A program made the position numbers and the translations under genes. DNA of 64,000 nt from Camelus ferus. Its lineage: Eukaryota. How positions within the stretch are numbered: position 1 is the stretch's first letter; each line of letters starts with the position of its first letter. This document shows positions 1 through 13,510 of the stretch, one piece after another. Under the pieces are notes generated by a model. That model was not told the DNA's origin, did no database searches, and was given only the letters and a program-made list of their open reading frames with translations. The stretch lies in assembly GCF_009834535.1 (NCBI RefSeq), contig NC_045707.1, forward strand, positions 46,998,001 to 47,062,000, in the 5' to 3' direction.

Positions 1-1394
1 AGGGAGGGAAGTAAGCAGGACTGGGTAGAGGATGCAGTCAAAATACAAAGCAGCTTCGAGGGAAGTGTGGGCCAGCCCTACAAGGGGTTCTAACCAGGGA
101 CAAAGGCTCAGAGCTGTGCCCAGGTGAGCAAGAGGGCGGGCTTTCATACCCCTGTGTAGATCAATCACTGGAAGGGGTGTGGCCCTGGCCGGGCAGCTCT
201 CTTCAGCTAAGGCAATGCCTCGGGGGCCAGGAGCTGAGGGCCACACTTCTAGCAGCAGGGGAAATAACAGCCTTTAATCCCGAATGTGGATCTAAGTGGC
301 ACATCAGAGAGGCACATGTAATCTGGAAGAGAGAGAAGACAGCCATAAAATAATCTCAGAAAAATGTGTAATGCACTGAGATTGGTGCTACAAAGGAAGG
401 GTACATGGTACCCTGAGAGAGTACAACCTAGATTAGGAGGAGGGGTTGGGTCAGGCAGGGGAAGCACACCTGCCAAGCCCCAGATTTGGGAGGGTGTGGG
501 AAGGACAATAGGTTGGAGAGCTTCTCTGAGGAACAATGGACAGTTCCTGGTTGAGCTCTTGCCACGTGCCAGGTACCATGTTCATGCCGGGCACTTTGGA
601 TGAATCCTCGAGTTTATGTCACAACAACCCCACCAGATAGGATTGCTCCCAGGCCCTTCTAGTACTTCTTGAGATCAGAGAACAACATTCCTTGGAACCA
701 TGTGAAGTCAGAAGTGCCGGGCCTGGTGGGCATCAAGTCAAAAGCACAACACACTGATGGGGGCTGAGATCACACTGGCCAGTTCTCTGAGTAGGGAGAG
801 GAGTTGTAAGGAAAATAGAGAGGCAAGCTGAACTAGGACTCCTTTGTGGAAAATGAAAAAGGAAAGCAAGCAACACAAACTGAAGACCAAAGCAAGTTTT
901 ACTAAATTTACACATAATAGTATTGATCATTCTAACAAAATTCAGTAACATTTTAGATTTGGTGTACTCCTACACTCATTCAGCAATGCTGCATTTTGAG
1001 AACTGCAGAAATCAAGTAAACTGTGCTAAAACAATAAAATGACTCTCAGGGCAACTAATAGTACATTGTAATGAAAGAGGATTTAAAAAAATATTTTTGG
1101 TAAGCAGTTACGTAGCTGGTTTCTATACCTGATGGGGCAAAATTTGTTGAAATAAGACAACCTGCAAAGCAAAAATCACGTTGTGACAATTTCTGGCTTT
1201 TAATTAGAAGAGGTAGGTATTTGCAAGCAAAATTTGCACAGCATAAGTCCCTACTTGGGTCTTTTCTGGGTCTACTGCAGACCTGTGGTAATGATTGGCT
1301 AGAAGCTCGTTTCTCTAGGACACCTCCCTGGAGAGAATTCATCCCAAACCAACACAGTTGGAGCCCAGAAATCTCTGGTTTAAGAAGGCAGGAT

Positions 1395-1570
1395 TGAGGA
1401 AAGCTGCTTTGGTATCAGACCTGGGTTTGTGTCACTTTCAAGCTATGTGACTTCAGTCAAATTACCAAATCCCTACTAAGCCTTAGTCTTTTTGTCTATA
1501 AAATGGAGTAATAACACCAGTCTCACTGGGCTGTGAGAACCCCTGTGAAGCTCTCAAAGTTAAGCAAGTC
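1395..1570 (+). mobile_element. MIR SINE
   Basis: TCAGACCTGGGTTT...GCTATGTGAC...CTATAAAATGGAGTAATAA. Confidence 0.7.
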
Positions 1571-2294
1571 TCCACGTTTAAAAATGAAACGCTGGGCACA
1601 GGCATTTGTATGAGAAAGCACTGGCTTGTCTTTTTCATCTTTCCAATATTTGCTAGTTTCTCTTTGTAACTAGAGAGCAAATTCAGGTTCAGAACCTCTG
1701 TTCTGCTGACATTGTATTTGTTCTTATTGGATATTTTCTATTTATGGTAAATGATATTGGATTTCCACTCAACAGAGACATACAGTTCATTTTATTTAAG
1801 GGAAAAGTGAGTTATTGAAAGGAAAAACTCAAGTTAATAGTGATTCAGAGAGAATTATGAAGGTGACACACAATGGTGTGTGTGGCACCAGTCTGGGGAA
1901 AGAAGATGTGAAGAAGATGGCTGGGTGGCTGCACTGGGAAAGGTACTGCATTTCAGCACGATGCTCCCACCGGCCTCTATCCTGAAGGTTTTTTGTTTTT
2001 GTTTTTTTTTTTGGTTCTCTGAGTTCTCCTGCTATTTTAAGGAACCATGAGCCGCTGACAAGAAGGTACTCAGCATTCTTGAGAAAATACTTTCCATTTC
2101 ACTACTGGTTCTCCCTGTTTCCTTCTGCTCAGACTTTCAAGCCTCCTTCAAATTTTCTTGCAAGGAGCCCTGATGCAAAAACCAGGATCTCTACGTTTGA
2201 AAAGAAAAAGTACTGCAGCAGAGACTACTCCTGTTCATTTTTCATTCTCCATCTTTCCTGGGTACAGTGGAAAACTACACCTCCTGATCTCCTT

Positions 2295-2577
2295 ATAATT
2301 CTGTGAGTCCATGAGACCTGGTTCTGGCCAATGAGTTCTGAATAGAAGTGATGTGTAGCATTTAAGAGGGGGTATCTCTTCCTCTTTTGCGGTGGCCTGG
2401 GAGCTCTGTGGTGGAGACACCAGATGCAGGTGGATTCAGTCCCTGAGCTCCCACTTGGAAGGAAGCTACCCAAGAGGTTCACCAGACCTGCAGTGGATTT
2501 GGGTGAGTGAGAAATAACCCTTATTCATTATGCCACTGAGAGGTTGCCACACTTAACCTAGCCTTTCCTGGCCAATA
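2295..2577 (+). mobile_element. MaLR LTR (MLT1-type) fragment
   Basis: TTCTGGCCAATGAG...AGAAGTGATGTGT...GTGAGTGAGAAATAA...GCCACTGAGA. Confidence 0.65.
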
Positions 2578-4357
2578 GAAGGACATCTCATCAAGATACT
2601 ATTCATTACATTATAAAGCACTTTCCACAACTGAAAGAGTAATTTTCTCCAGAGTATAAAGGAAATTCCTGAAATGCTCAAGAGGATTTTCAAACAAGGA
2701 TTACTTGAAACTATAGAACCCCAGCGCTCAACAAGTTGCCACCTATGCAGTGGGACCCCAGACAGGACTGGGGGGTGAGAGATGTGGAGGATGAAAAGGG
2801 AAGGTGAAATAATGTTTCAACTTCTATTTTTAAGAAAACATCTCTTTCCCAGAGCCAGCCCACCTTCAGCTTCATGGTTGATAGAAGTGCTCAGCACGAT
2901 TCTGGTAGATAAATGTGAGTCCTTATCCTCCTCTGAAACCAAGGGTGAGAATCATTTGCTGCTCTGGGAAGGTTCCTATTTGTTTCTGTTGTCAAAATTA
3001 ACCCTGCAGCCTTTCACAAAACCAAAGAAGACAATTCTCCTGTGTGTGAGTATATTTTCTTGTTGTTGTTTTAAAAGTCACATGGAGAACTCTTACCCAA
3101 AGATCTACCCAACCAAGCCTTCTGCAGAATTAAAAGTGGCAGCATAATTATGAGAAAACTGTATATGCAAATGTCTTTGTTTTATAAAAAGAAGGCTTCA
3201 GATTGGCTTGATGATTTTGCATGTTCTCAAACACGTACACATCACGTGATATGTAATTCTAACAACAGCCTCCACCTGTGGAGCACATTCTGCACTAAGC
3301 ACTATGCCTGCCCTTCACAGACTCCTCCCAACAGCTCCACAAGGTGGATGTTGATATTGTTCTCAATTCAGACATAAGAGAGGGTGGTCCAGCACTTTGT
3401 ATAAGTCACATAGCTAGTGAGTGGCAGACGCAGGATTCAAACCAGGCCTATCTGATTCCAAAGTCTGTGCTGTTCCTGGAACCACAGGCATTACCGTCAC
3501 TCTGGTTCAGAGGAGGAAAGGATACAGGGAGGTTAGGCTGTTTGCTGAACATCCCTATGAGATCAGTGAGAGAGCTTTGCAGCATGAGTCATTTATGAAG
3601 AACTTTTCTGTTGGTAAAATATTTATTTTCAAAACTGCTTAATGGGCTCCTGCTGGGATGGAGGGAGCTAGGTGATGACTTCATTTGTCACTCAGAGCAC
3701 TTGGTGATTTGAGTGGCTGCCCCCACTCCAATCCCAGGGCCCAGGGAAACCAAACTGGTCCCATTGCAGTGCCTGGCATGTCCCCAGACACACTTGGAGA
3801 TGTTCTAGGACAAGAGACCCAAGTACAAGAATCCAAGGATGGAATCATCATAACAGCTATTATACCTGCACTAGTCCTCATAACAGCCTTGCAAAGGGAC
3901 TTGCTGAGAATCAGAGAGGTAAGGAACTTGCCCAAGGTCACACAGTAAGTGGGGCTGAGTTCTAAGCCAGGCAGGCCAGCTCTAGAACCAGCTTGTATAC
4001 ACATGGTACACTAAGGGTAAAGTAGATTGGAAGCCTTGCAGGTTAGGTATAGGCCTTGCTGTGCCACTAACTAGCTATACGTCCTTGAGCAAGTCACATA
4101 CTTTTCTTAGGTCTTATTTTCTCTATCTGTGACTAAGGGCCTTCCTAAAAGTCTACTATGATGATTGTCCCGAAGTCAAGAGAATAACAGAGAAAAGAGT
4201 GTGCTTCTGTCTATGAGATATTTTGACCTCAAATGTGGAGCGTGGATATCCAGAGATGCTAAAAAACTACTTTCTCCATCATTGGCACCATCATTTCACA
4301 ACTAGTGCTTAATAAATATTATTTCTAATCCTCACAAACAAGTGTGAAAGGTAAATA

Positions 4358-4830
4358 TGTGTGGTGGACATCTATCGTTTAGCCTGCCTGGCATTTCTCC
4401 ACTTTCTGGAAAAGGCAACCTCCCTTCTTTAGAGGAGTACCCCTTCACCAGCTCCAACATGTGCTTCTCCTGAGGGTTGTCCATCACAGTAAACCACCCA
4501 CCCTTGCCAAAGCTGATTGGTCCACAGGTCAGCACGTGATCCAAGTCAGGCCAGTCAGATCCTTCTCAGGATTTTTCAAATGGGGTCACAGGGAAGAGAT
4601 GAAATCTCACTCTGGTGCAGAAGCTGTGAAATATGAAGCCATGTTTCCCACCACTGGAAGCCACCGTCCTTAAGAATTAAAACAGTTGCATATAGAAACA
4701 AGCCTAAAACAGTCACAGAAAGAAGTGCCCTAACAGTGTTGCAGACCCTAGTTCCAATTGTCACTGAACTCCAGCTATACCCGACCCTTCCTGGGCTTAT
4801 TAGAGATAAACCAGATAAGCGATTCTCTGG
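4358..4830 (+). mobile_element. Old ERVL LTR (LTR16-like)
   Basis: TGTGGTGGACATC...GATTGGTCCACAGGTCAGCACGTGATCCAAGTCAGGCCAGTCAGA. Confidence 0.6.
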
Positions 4831-7800
4831 TTAATCCCCGTTTATGTACATACATAAAGCCTTGCATCACCCAATCTATTTGCACATACTGTCAACCTGT
4901 GTAAACCTGCCTGGTGGGCAATTTGAGGACCTTGGAGCCAAGAACCTTGGGCTGATTGGAAATGGCTGTTCCCATCACACGACAACACAGGGGAGTAACA
5001 CAAACAACAGCCCATCGTCACTTAAGCTGTTGGTATTTGTTCATCGTGAATTTATTCTGTGTTTATGTTAAAGTTTCTGCGTTCAAATATTATTTCACTT
5101 GATTACTAAGTTTTTCGGCACCCCTGTGAAATTTGTTGCCGGAAGTAAGTGCTTCACTTGCCCCACCCTAATTCTGACTTTGGTCTTTAATTCGTCTTGC
5201 AAAGACTTCATTCCCTAAAGCAGGGATCTATAACAGGTGTAACTCCATGCCCTTTCCTGGGGTGTATCCTTTGGATCCAGCATAAGCTTGAATAATGTCA
5301 GGTGTATGCCTTCAGGAACTAGGTTTTCCTTTGGAAACTTTGTTTTCAGCACATGCCATCTCTTGAAAATTGTGATCTGGGTGGGAGAAAGGGGCCACTC
5401 TTCTGCCAGATTTTGTTGCATGGAAGATGCTGGTGGTTGGATGATGTAGAAAAGCAACATCTGGTTTCAATGATACTTTTTTCTCCTTAAAATCATTCCT
5501 AGAAAATTTTCCACTTTTATTTAATGCTCAGGAGATAGTCCATGGTCTTAATATTGGCCCAGAACAAGATGTTAGAACATACATTTTATTAAAGCATTTC
5601 CTTCTTATTAAGATGTTGGAGGCACATTTTCTAGTCTACCCAGGAGCTAGGTACAATCTGAATCAAACTGAAGAATGACATTTCCCTGGTCCAGTTTCCC
5701 AGTTCTGACTGGACAACACCCAAATGTACTACCTGTTGCTCGATAAATGTCACAGAATTCCTTGAACAAAATTAAATGTGTCCCCTCCTCCTAAAAAAAA
5801 ATTAAATGTGTGCTTGCTTTCAACTCTAAAGGACAGGATACACAGCACCTTCCTGGATGATTGTTATAAATGATGTGATGAAATTAAGTAAGTACTGATG
5901 AGGGATGTGGTGAGGCAGTCCTAAGGAGGCTGAGCACTCCCAGCCCAGATCCCAGTGTTAGAACTTCTCAGCAAACTAGATGCAAATGCAAAAAGGAACA
6001 AAAATGAAGCCTCATCGAACTCCACGAAGTACTAGCCGTGTGACCTCGGCATGTAACTTAATCTCTCTTTTTCTCGTGTGTTCAACGGGCCAGTTTGGGC
6101 TTGACTCCTTGTGTTGCTGTGAGGTTAAGTAGAAACTATCTGTCTCTGGCACAGACTTCCTGTGACCTCCCATTTCCACCTTTTCTTATTCTATAGGAAA
6201 AGGAAGCCCAATTTTTATAGCTGTCATACATGGCTGAGCGGAATAAAGACTACATTTCCCAGCTTTCTTTACAGCCAGATGTGCTCATGTGACTCACTTC
6301 TAGCCAAGGAAATACGAGCAACAACTAGTGACGGAGAGCCACGCGCCATCCTGGACTATGGTATGAGAGCAACACCCAGGGACAGCAGAGTAATAAGACA
6401 GGAGGAGCTGGGGTCCTCACTCCCATGGATGCATCACTTCAGCTGTGGACTGCATATGTCCAGACTGTTCTGTGAGTGACGTCCCTGTTACTTTGGGTCT
6501 CTGGTATGGCAAATGAACGTGTATCCTAATTAATATTCCATGTACAGTGTTAGGCAAGTGACTGACACATTATAAAGCATATAAAATGTCAGCTAGGAAG
6601 CTGACGCTGATGGTTATGAAGCCTACCTCTACCAGCCCTCAGAAGAGCATCAGACAATTAGAACAAAATGAAGAGCTACACAGTTTTAAGGACAATTCCC
6701 CTCCCCACCTTTTACTCCATTCTCTGACTCAAGTGACATTCATGCAAAACATATATAGGCAAAGGACATCTACCCATGATCAGTTCATATGATTCCTTTT
6801 TATTAATTACAAATGCACCTCAAAGGAAGGAAAAACATTTCTAAGGAACCATCTTCTACATGAAAAATCAAATTGTCTCACTATATGCTTTATTGTTCAT
6901 ATTTTCCATATTTACTTCAGATGATTTTTTTTAATAAAGCATCACAGATGTGGTTGAAGCCTCTGATCTCAGCCATTCAGTTTCTTTGGAAGTGGCTGAG
7001 TACCTCCCCATTGTGTATTTGTGTCTTAATAAGCATGTGTATCCATAAGAAATACATAGCATAGCTTTGGAAAATTTTAAATCTTACTTATATTGGTTAT
7101 ACATTGTGTGTAACACTTGGCAACTTGCTCATTTAGGAGACCGTTAAAAACAATGCTGTAACAATCATCCTTGTTAAATGTGGGGAGGGTGGTGTCATGT
7201 TCTTCTCCATGCTGTTTGTGTGTTTAAGCACAATTTTAAATAAAAAGTAAGAATTTAAAAGAACTACTTAGCAGCTGTATGGACTTATAAAATCAGCAAG
7301 ACCACTCAGGTTGGGGATGGGAGTAGGGGGAGGACATGACTGGTTGTTGCCTAAATATTTTACCCTATATGTGAGCAGTCAACTTTTTCTTTAAACCCAA
7401 CATGTGAAAATTCTGAACTTACCAAGTGGGTATGTGAATAGATGACTTTACAAATACAGTCTAACTTTCTAAAATGCCCACCACAGTTTTTTTTTTTCTT
7501 AAAATACTCAATTCAGGTATATTTGATTGGTATAATGATACATATAATATATTTGACAAAATTACTTCTTTATTATTTATTGCAGTTAATTTTGATAGGT
7601 GAGCAATGAAACTCTTTCAAACATGAAAATATTAGATCTGGATAAAATGAATCATTTCTTCTTGGTCTGAGGAATAAAAAAGCAGGCTACTGAGGTATCA
7701 ATTTTTTTAAATGTATCTCCCCATACTTTGTTTTTATATGGTCTGTTCATGCGAGGATAGTGCCTACTTCTCGCATTTTTCCCCACCATGAGAGGAGTAA

Positions 7801-9154
7801 CAGTGACAAAAATTCTTTTTTTTTTTTTTTTAAGAATTCTATGTGTTCAGAAGAAAAGGAAGAAAAGAATGTGTTTGGAAACTGAGCTTTCTGCCCAGTC
7901 GCCCCACCTCCCAAGCCAGAGCAGACAGCTGGGCTGCTGACCCAAGCTGGGCTGGGTCAGTTCCATTCTCTGACCCAGAATTTGGACTTGAGGGATGGAG
8001 TCAAGGTCTTTTGGTTACATAAGCTAATGAAAAATGATGTTGTGAGGTGTGTGGCAGCTGTGCACAGAGAAGCAGACAGAGCTGATCCACAGAGAATGAG
8101 AAGAGAAGAGAAGAGATGGAGAAGTAGGGACGAGGAGCCATGGATCCCAGAAAGGAGGTGCCTTAAGAGGACAGCGCCCTAGACAGAAGGTGTTCTGGTC
8201 TCTCCACAGCCTCCAACACTGGTCATCCTTGGAGTCCATGCGATAACCTTGTGTACTTAGAGTAAAACCCTTGTCCTATTTATGCTACCTCAAGTATATA
8301 TGTTTATGTGTAAATATTATTCTTCATTTATTTTTGCTTAAGCTACTTTGAAGTAGGTTTCTGTTACTTGCAAGCAAAAAAGCCTTGACTCTTACAACTC
8401 CCAGTGCAGGCATTCTGTGAGGCTGCCACCGACTGCCTCACTTCGCCACACAAATAGTGGTGCTTTTACACACTCAGTACAATAGGAGGACTCATCAGGA
8501 AATGGCCAGCACTACAGTGTTCTCCCTCTGAGAGCTGTCAAATTAGAAACAAGTATATCATCTCCATGTGGGTGTTCCCCAGACTTTTATTTGGCAACTG
8601 AACCATCACTTATTGTTTTCCATATGCTGTTTACGTGAGATCAGTGGACTTAAGTCAGAAATTTTCCATGTGCAGCTAGTCTGATAATGCATGCCAGTCA
8701 TCTCGGTAAACACAAGATCCTAAACTTGATTCTTCTGCTAAAGCAATCAATGAGGAGCACGCAGCCACATTCCTGGTCCCACCCCTGGAGTTTGCTCATA
8801 CTCTCATGGTGTTATTGGCCATTTTAAGGCTACGATCTACACGACTGCTGGAAACCCTTCAAATTGTCAAGCAATTACCCCAAATAACACTGTGTTGGAA
8901 AAATATCTTGGGTTTCTCCGTAAAAAGAGAACACGATGAGAAGAACAAGGCAACTTGTAAATCCAATGGCTTTTAAAAAATAAGAAAACAACAAGAAAAA
9001 AATGTCATTTACTATCTCCCATAGAGATGGACATAATCTCTTGATTGTTTACCTTGAATCTAATTATCAACTAAAGTTCATTGAGGAACCTGGACCAGAT
9101 CCCACGAAATAAACATCCCACCACAGATATCATTATGGAATGTGGAAAGGTAGG

Positions 9155-9400
9155 AGTAAGAAGTGGTCAAAAAAAAGTGGTATCCAGCTGGACCGACCTG
9201 GGTTCAAGACTAGGCTCTGCTTCTGAATGGCTGCGTGACTTGGGGCAGGTGGCCTAAACTTTCTGAATCTTGGTTTTCCCATCTGAAAAATTGGGATAAT
9301 AACAATGACTACCCCATGTGAGAATGAAGCAAGACAATGTGTGTAGAGCACTTAGCACAACACCTGCACACAGTAACCCTGGGTAATTGTTAGTGGGACT
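9155..9400 (+). mobile_element. MIR SINE, near full length
   Basis: GACCTGGGTTCAAG...GTGACTTGGGGCAGG...CCCATCTGAAAAATTGGGATAATAA core. Confidence 0.85.
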
Positions 9401-10669
9401 GTTATTGTCGTTGTTGAGATGGTTGTTACCAAGGAGTGGCCTCTTAAGCTGAAGGCTGCTGAGACTCAAAGGTCTGGATTTCGAGCTATTTTTGCAAGCG
9501 ATGAACTACTAAAAATAGGAGGCACTGTTTACTCTCATAGCTTCGGGGAGCAGCTATGACTTGGTCTCTGACCAAGTAGCTTCAGTGGTGGAGTAAACGG
9601 CCTTCTAACTGCCTCTCAGTTCAGACCACATCCTGACTGGACCTCACTCCAGGGAGGTTTGGACGACTCTGAAAAGCAGGTCACGTGAAGTTGCATAGGC
9701 CAGGCCCTTTGGAAGGCTTTCCAAGAGGAGTGGGTCTGTTGTATTTCCTGCTTCACCTAGGAAGCTACAAAGATGGCACTTCCTGGGTTCTTTATCTCAC
9801 CACTGCCACCTCATATAGTGTGAGGGCCAATGTCTTTGGGGATCACAGAACACAGGGCTCTGAGGCACAAAAGAGCCCACTTCTCTCCTAGGAGCTGAGC
9901 AGTGAAGGAGAGTCTTGCTACAACCCACCCTGTGGATTATCCTGACCATAATCCTAGAAGTTGAGAACCACCCAAACTCGATCCACTCCTGGTCTAAGGG
10001 ACATCAAAGAGTAGGGACTCATCTCCAGAAATAATACCTCCCAAAGTCTCTTAGAGACCTGCCATTTACCTCTGAATCTTAATTGGAAACTGTATATGTT
10101 TCCTGGATTTGATGTTTCCCATTGTAGGAAATATGCTCTCAATGCCAACATGCTGTGTAGCTCACCTGACTTTATACAAATGTATGGTATGTCTGGTATG
10201 TATGTGTGTATGTGTATGTGTACATGTGTGTTCTTCAAATATGGAAGACGACAATTTTCTTTTTCTTGTTTTTTCTTGACCACCCTGCAATCTACAGTAT
10301 GTGCAGCATATATCTGAGCCTACGGTGGTATGGTATCACAGTCACTGGCAAGTGATGAATGACATCTAATCTCTTAAGGATTTTTTAAATTATATCTAGT
10401 TTATTTTTGTTATCAAAATTTTGGTGAAAATTTCCCAGTAAAGCCAACAGAGAGGGGAATAGGAGGCAAGAGTAAAGAAAGATTGCTATACAGTGTATCA
10501 AGATATTATATAATGCATTTTATTATATAATGCATTCAGAGTGAGTACACATGCTTAATTTTGTAACCACACATAGATACAGAAGCACCGAATAGAATCA
10601 CGGATCCTAGGGTTTGGAAGGGATTTCAGATTATCCAAATGCTGGATAGCTTAAAAAAATAAAAAAATA

Positions 10670-11700
10670 ATTATTTGCAGACAATATGACTATCTATACA
10701 GAAAAAATTCCAAAAGACTCTTCAGACAAACCACTAGAAATAGAAAAGTTGCTGGATACAAGTGAACATTCAAAAATCAATAGTGATCAATAATGATCTC
10801 ATATCCCAACAGAAAACTAATAGAAGGTATAATTAACAAACAAAACCAAACAGTGGCAACAAAAACTTGGGGAACTTATAAACAAGTCTAACAAAGGAAA
10901 TATAAGATTTTTATGGAGTAAAGTTTGATTGAGGCACATAAAAGATCTAAATAAATTAAAGGATGAGCCATGTTCAAGTACGAGATGGGAAGGCTCAGAG
11001 ATGGCAATGTCTCCAAACTAATCTATGAATGCATTGCAATTACACTGAAAATCCTTAAGTTTTTCCCCCCATGGCACATGACAGGTTGATCCATAAGTTA
11101 ACATCAGAACAAAAAAATACCCAAGATAACTTAGAAGAACAAAGACAATTCACCACACTAGATAGGAATGCTATTATAAAACTGCAGTAATTTCAAAAGA
11201 ATAACATTGGTGTAGAAACAAATACAGCAGAACAGAATAGAGAGCCCATAAGCAGACCCATGTTTATGGGAAAACTTGATATATGACAGAGATAACAGTA
11301 CAAATCAGTAAGGAAAGGATAAAGACCATTTAATAGTGGTGCTCGATGACTTAGTTTTCCATTTGGAAAAAATTTTTTTAAATCCATACTTCTCATTCAC
11401 AAAATTAATTTCCATGTCAATTCAATAATTAAAGTAGAAAGCAAGACTTTAATATTTTTACGACCCCGGAGTTGGAAAACACAAAACATAAAGAACAATA
11501 TTGGTAAATCTGACAATGGTAAAATTTTAAATGTTAACCCATCATCTTAAAAAGTGAAAAGAAAATTTGGTATATGTATGAAATGGGATATACATATGAA
11601 AATGAATTCACTTTACCGAAAAGTATCAACATAAGCCAATCCTGAACCACAATGTTGTATCCTACAGGCAAACTGCAGATGGATAAGGTGATACCGAGCT
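10670..11700 (+). mobile_element. Ancient L1 ORF2 fragment
   Basis: Degenerate RT motif TTATTTGCAGACAATATGACTATCTAT (LFADDM-like) and further A-rich ORF2 remnants. Confidence 0.75.
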
Positions 11701-11719
11701 TTTTCCCCTGAGTAGAAGG

Positions 11720-12325
11720 CACCACCACGCCCCTGATTGATCTCTTCCCTGGAAAACTGCAACAGCCTCATTGCTTCCCATTCTTGTCCCTTCCTGTGTC
11801 CTCTTCCACATGGCAACTGTGGCACATCCCTCTTAGACTTGTCAATGGCTTCCCACGGCACCCTTAATAAAATCCAAACTCCTTATGGAGGTGTCTCCGT
11901 CTTTCCTAATCTCCTCCCACTCCCTGCCTCCTTCTACCCTCCACCCTCTGATCTCACCTCCCTCCACTCTCCCTGCTGTTTACACTGCTCCATCCTCAGT
12001 GCATTTCTTGCTTTTCCACACACACACCAAACTCCTCCTCATGTGAGGGCATCAGCACTTGCCTGTTTTTGTTTGGCTTGTACCATCTTCACGTAGGGTT
12101 TGGGTTTAAATGTAATATCCTCAGCAATATCCTCATTTCCCCACCTCTGACAATCCGAATCACAATATCCTATTTTATCATTTCCACACAGTTACAGATA
12201 CCTACAATTATCTCGTTTATTCATACATTTATATACTTAGGACAAGGGTTTTGCCTTATTCACCCAGGATCTGGAGCAGTGCCTAGCACCCAGTAGGCAC
12301 TCAATAAATACTTGTTGACTTATTT
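11720..12325 (+). mobile_element. L2 3' fragment
   Basis: Ends GTGCCTAGCACCCAGTAGGCACTCAATAAATACTTGTTGA, an L2 3' terminus. Confidence 0.75.
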
Positions 12326-12339
12326 ATTTAAATTTTAAA

Positions 12340-13030
12340 AACATATAAAACTATGCTATATGGTATTTACAGGCTCCTAGTCATGTAGTAAAAGATAAAA
12401 ACATGGATGGAAAGGATACATACTAACTTTAGGGTAGAGTTTATCTCCGGGGAGGGTAGGTGCTCAATGGGACCAGAGAGTAAGACAATGAGACCTTAAA
12501 CTCAATCTGTGATTTTCTTTTTAAGTTTTGAAAGAAATAGATTTATTAAATCTACATATTTGAGTTATGGTTATGAAGTATTATTATAGTATTCTCTGTA
12601 CTTTTCTGATCGAGATATTTCATAATAAAAACATTTTTATTTTAAGAGAGAGATTTGAAATAACAAAATTATAGAGATGGAAAACAAATTCCTACTTGCC
12701 AGGGGTTAGGGAAGGGAGGATGGTGATTATAACTGAGTAGCACGAGGGAGATCTTAGCAGTGATCAGTAAGTTTTGCACCTTGATTTCAGTGGTGATTAC
12801 ACCAATCTGCAGGTGATAAAGCGGCACAGACCTATGCATACACTTTATACCAATGTCAGTTTTGTGGTTCTGCTTGTGCTACAGTTACACACAATATAAC
12901 CACCAGGGGAAACTGGGTGAAGGGTACACAGTTCCTCTCTGTTCCTCTCTGTACTATCTTTGCAACTACCTTTGTAATTTTTACATAATACAAATTGATT
13001 ATTATTTCAAAATGGTTAAAAAATTTTACA
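12340..13030 (+). mobile_element. Old L1 3' UTR fragments (L1ME/L1MC-like)
   Basis: ATAGAGATGGAAAACAAATT...GCCAGGGGTTAGGG...GGAAACTGGGTGAAGGGTACAC...TTTGCAACT. Confidence 0.7.
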
Positions 13031-13299
13031 AATAGAGAAATATGTAGTTCATCTAAAATAATACTATTTCTATCTGACAGAGGAGACAAGTGAGGCCCCC
13101 CAAAACAAAAGCGATTTGTTAACAGGTGGTGTCCAGGGCAGCGCCGGGAGGCCTGCAGAACCTGCAGTGTTCTTTGAACAATCAAGTCAGCAAATGCATG
13201 GGTTTACTACAGTCCTTGGTAGCCCTTCCTCTGATATAACAGTGACTTTCCCAGTGACAAACGCAGGCTGCACAGCAAGGCTGATGATCCCTAAATCAT

Positions 13300-13510
13300 A
13301 AATCAGGTGCTAGAACTGGGTAACTTGGCTTCAAATCCCAGCTCTGCCACTGGATGTCCTCTACTTCAACCTCTTTGAGCGTCAGCTTCCTAATCTGCAA
13401 AATGGGGACAATGTGATTTGATTATATGCCACTCATGGTGTTTAAATCAGATAATAATACATGTAGAGAGCTCACCATAAAATTTGGCACACAGTAAGAG
13501 TGCAATGAAG
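13300..13510 (+). mobile_element. MIR SINE
   Basis: TTCAAATCCCAGCTCTGCCACT...AATCTGCAAAATGGGGACAAT. Confidence 0.8.

Noticed and set aside
10504..10536. 17-bp tandem duplication TATTATATAATGCATT (similarly a 10-bp one at ~26587)
   Set aside because: Ordinary slippage duplication with no sign of function.
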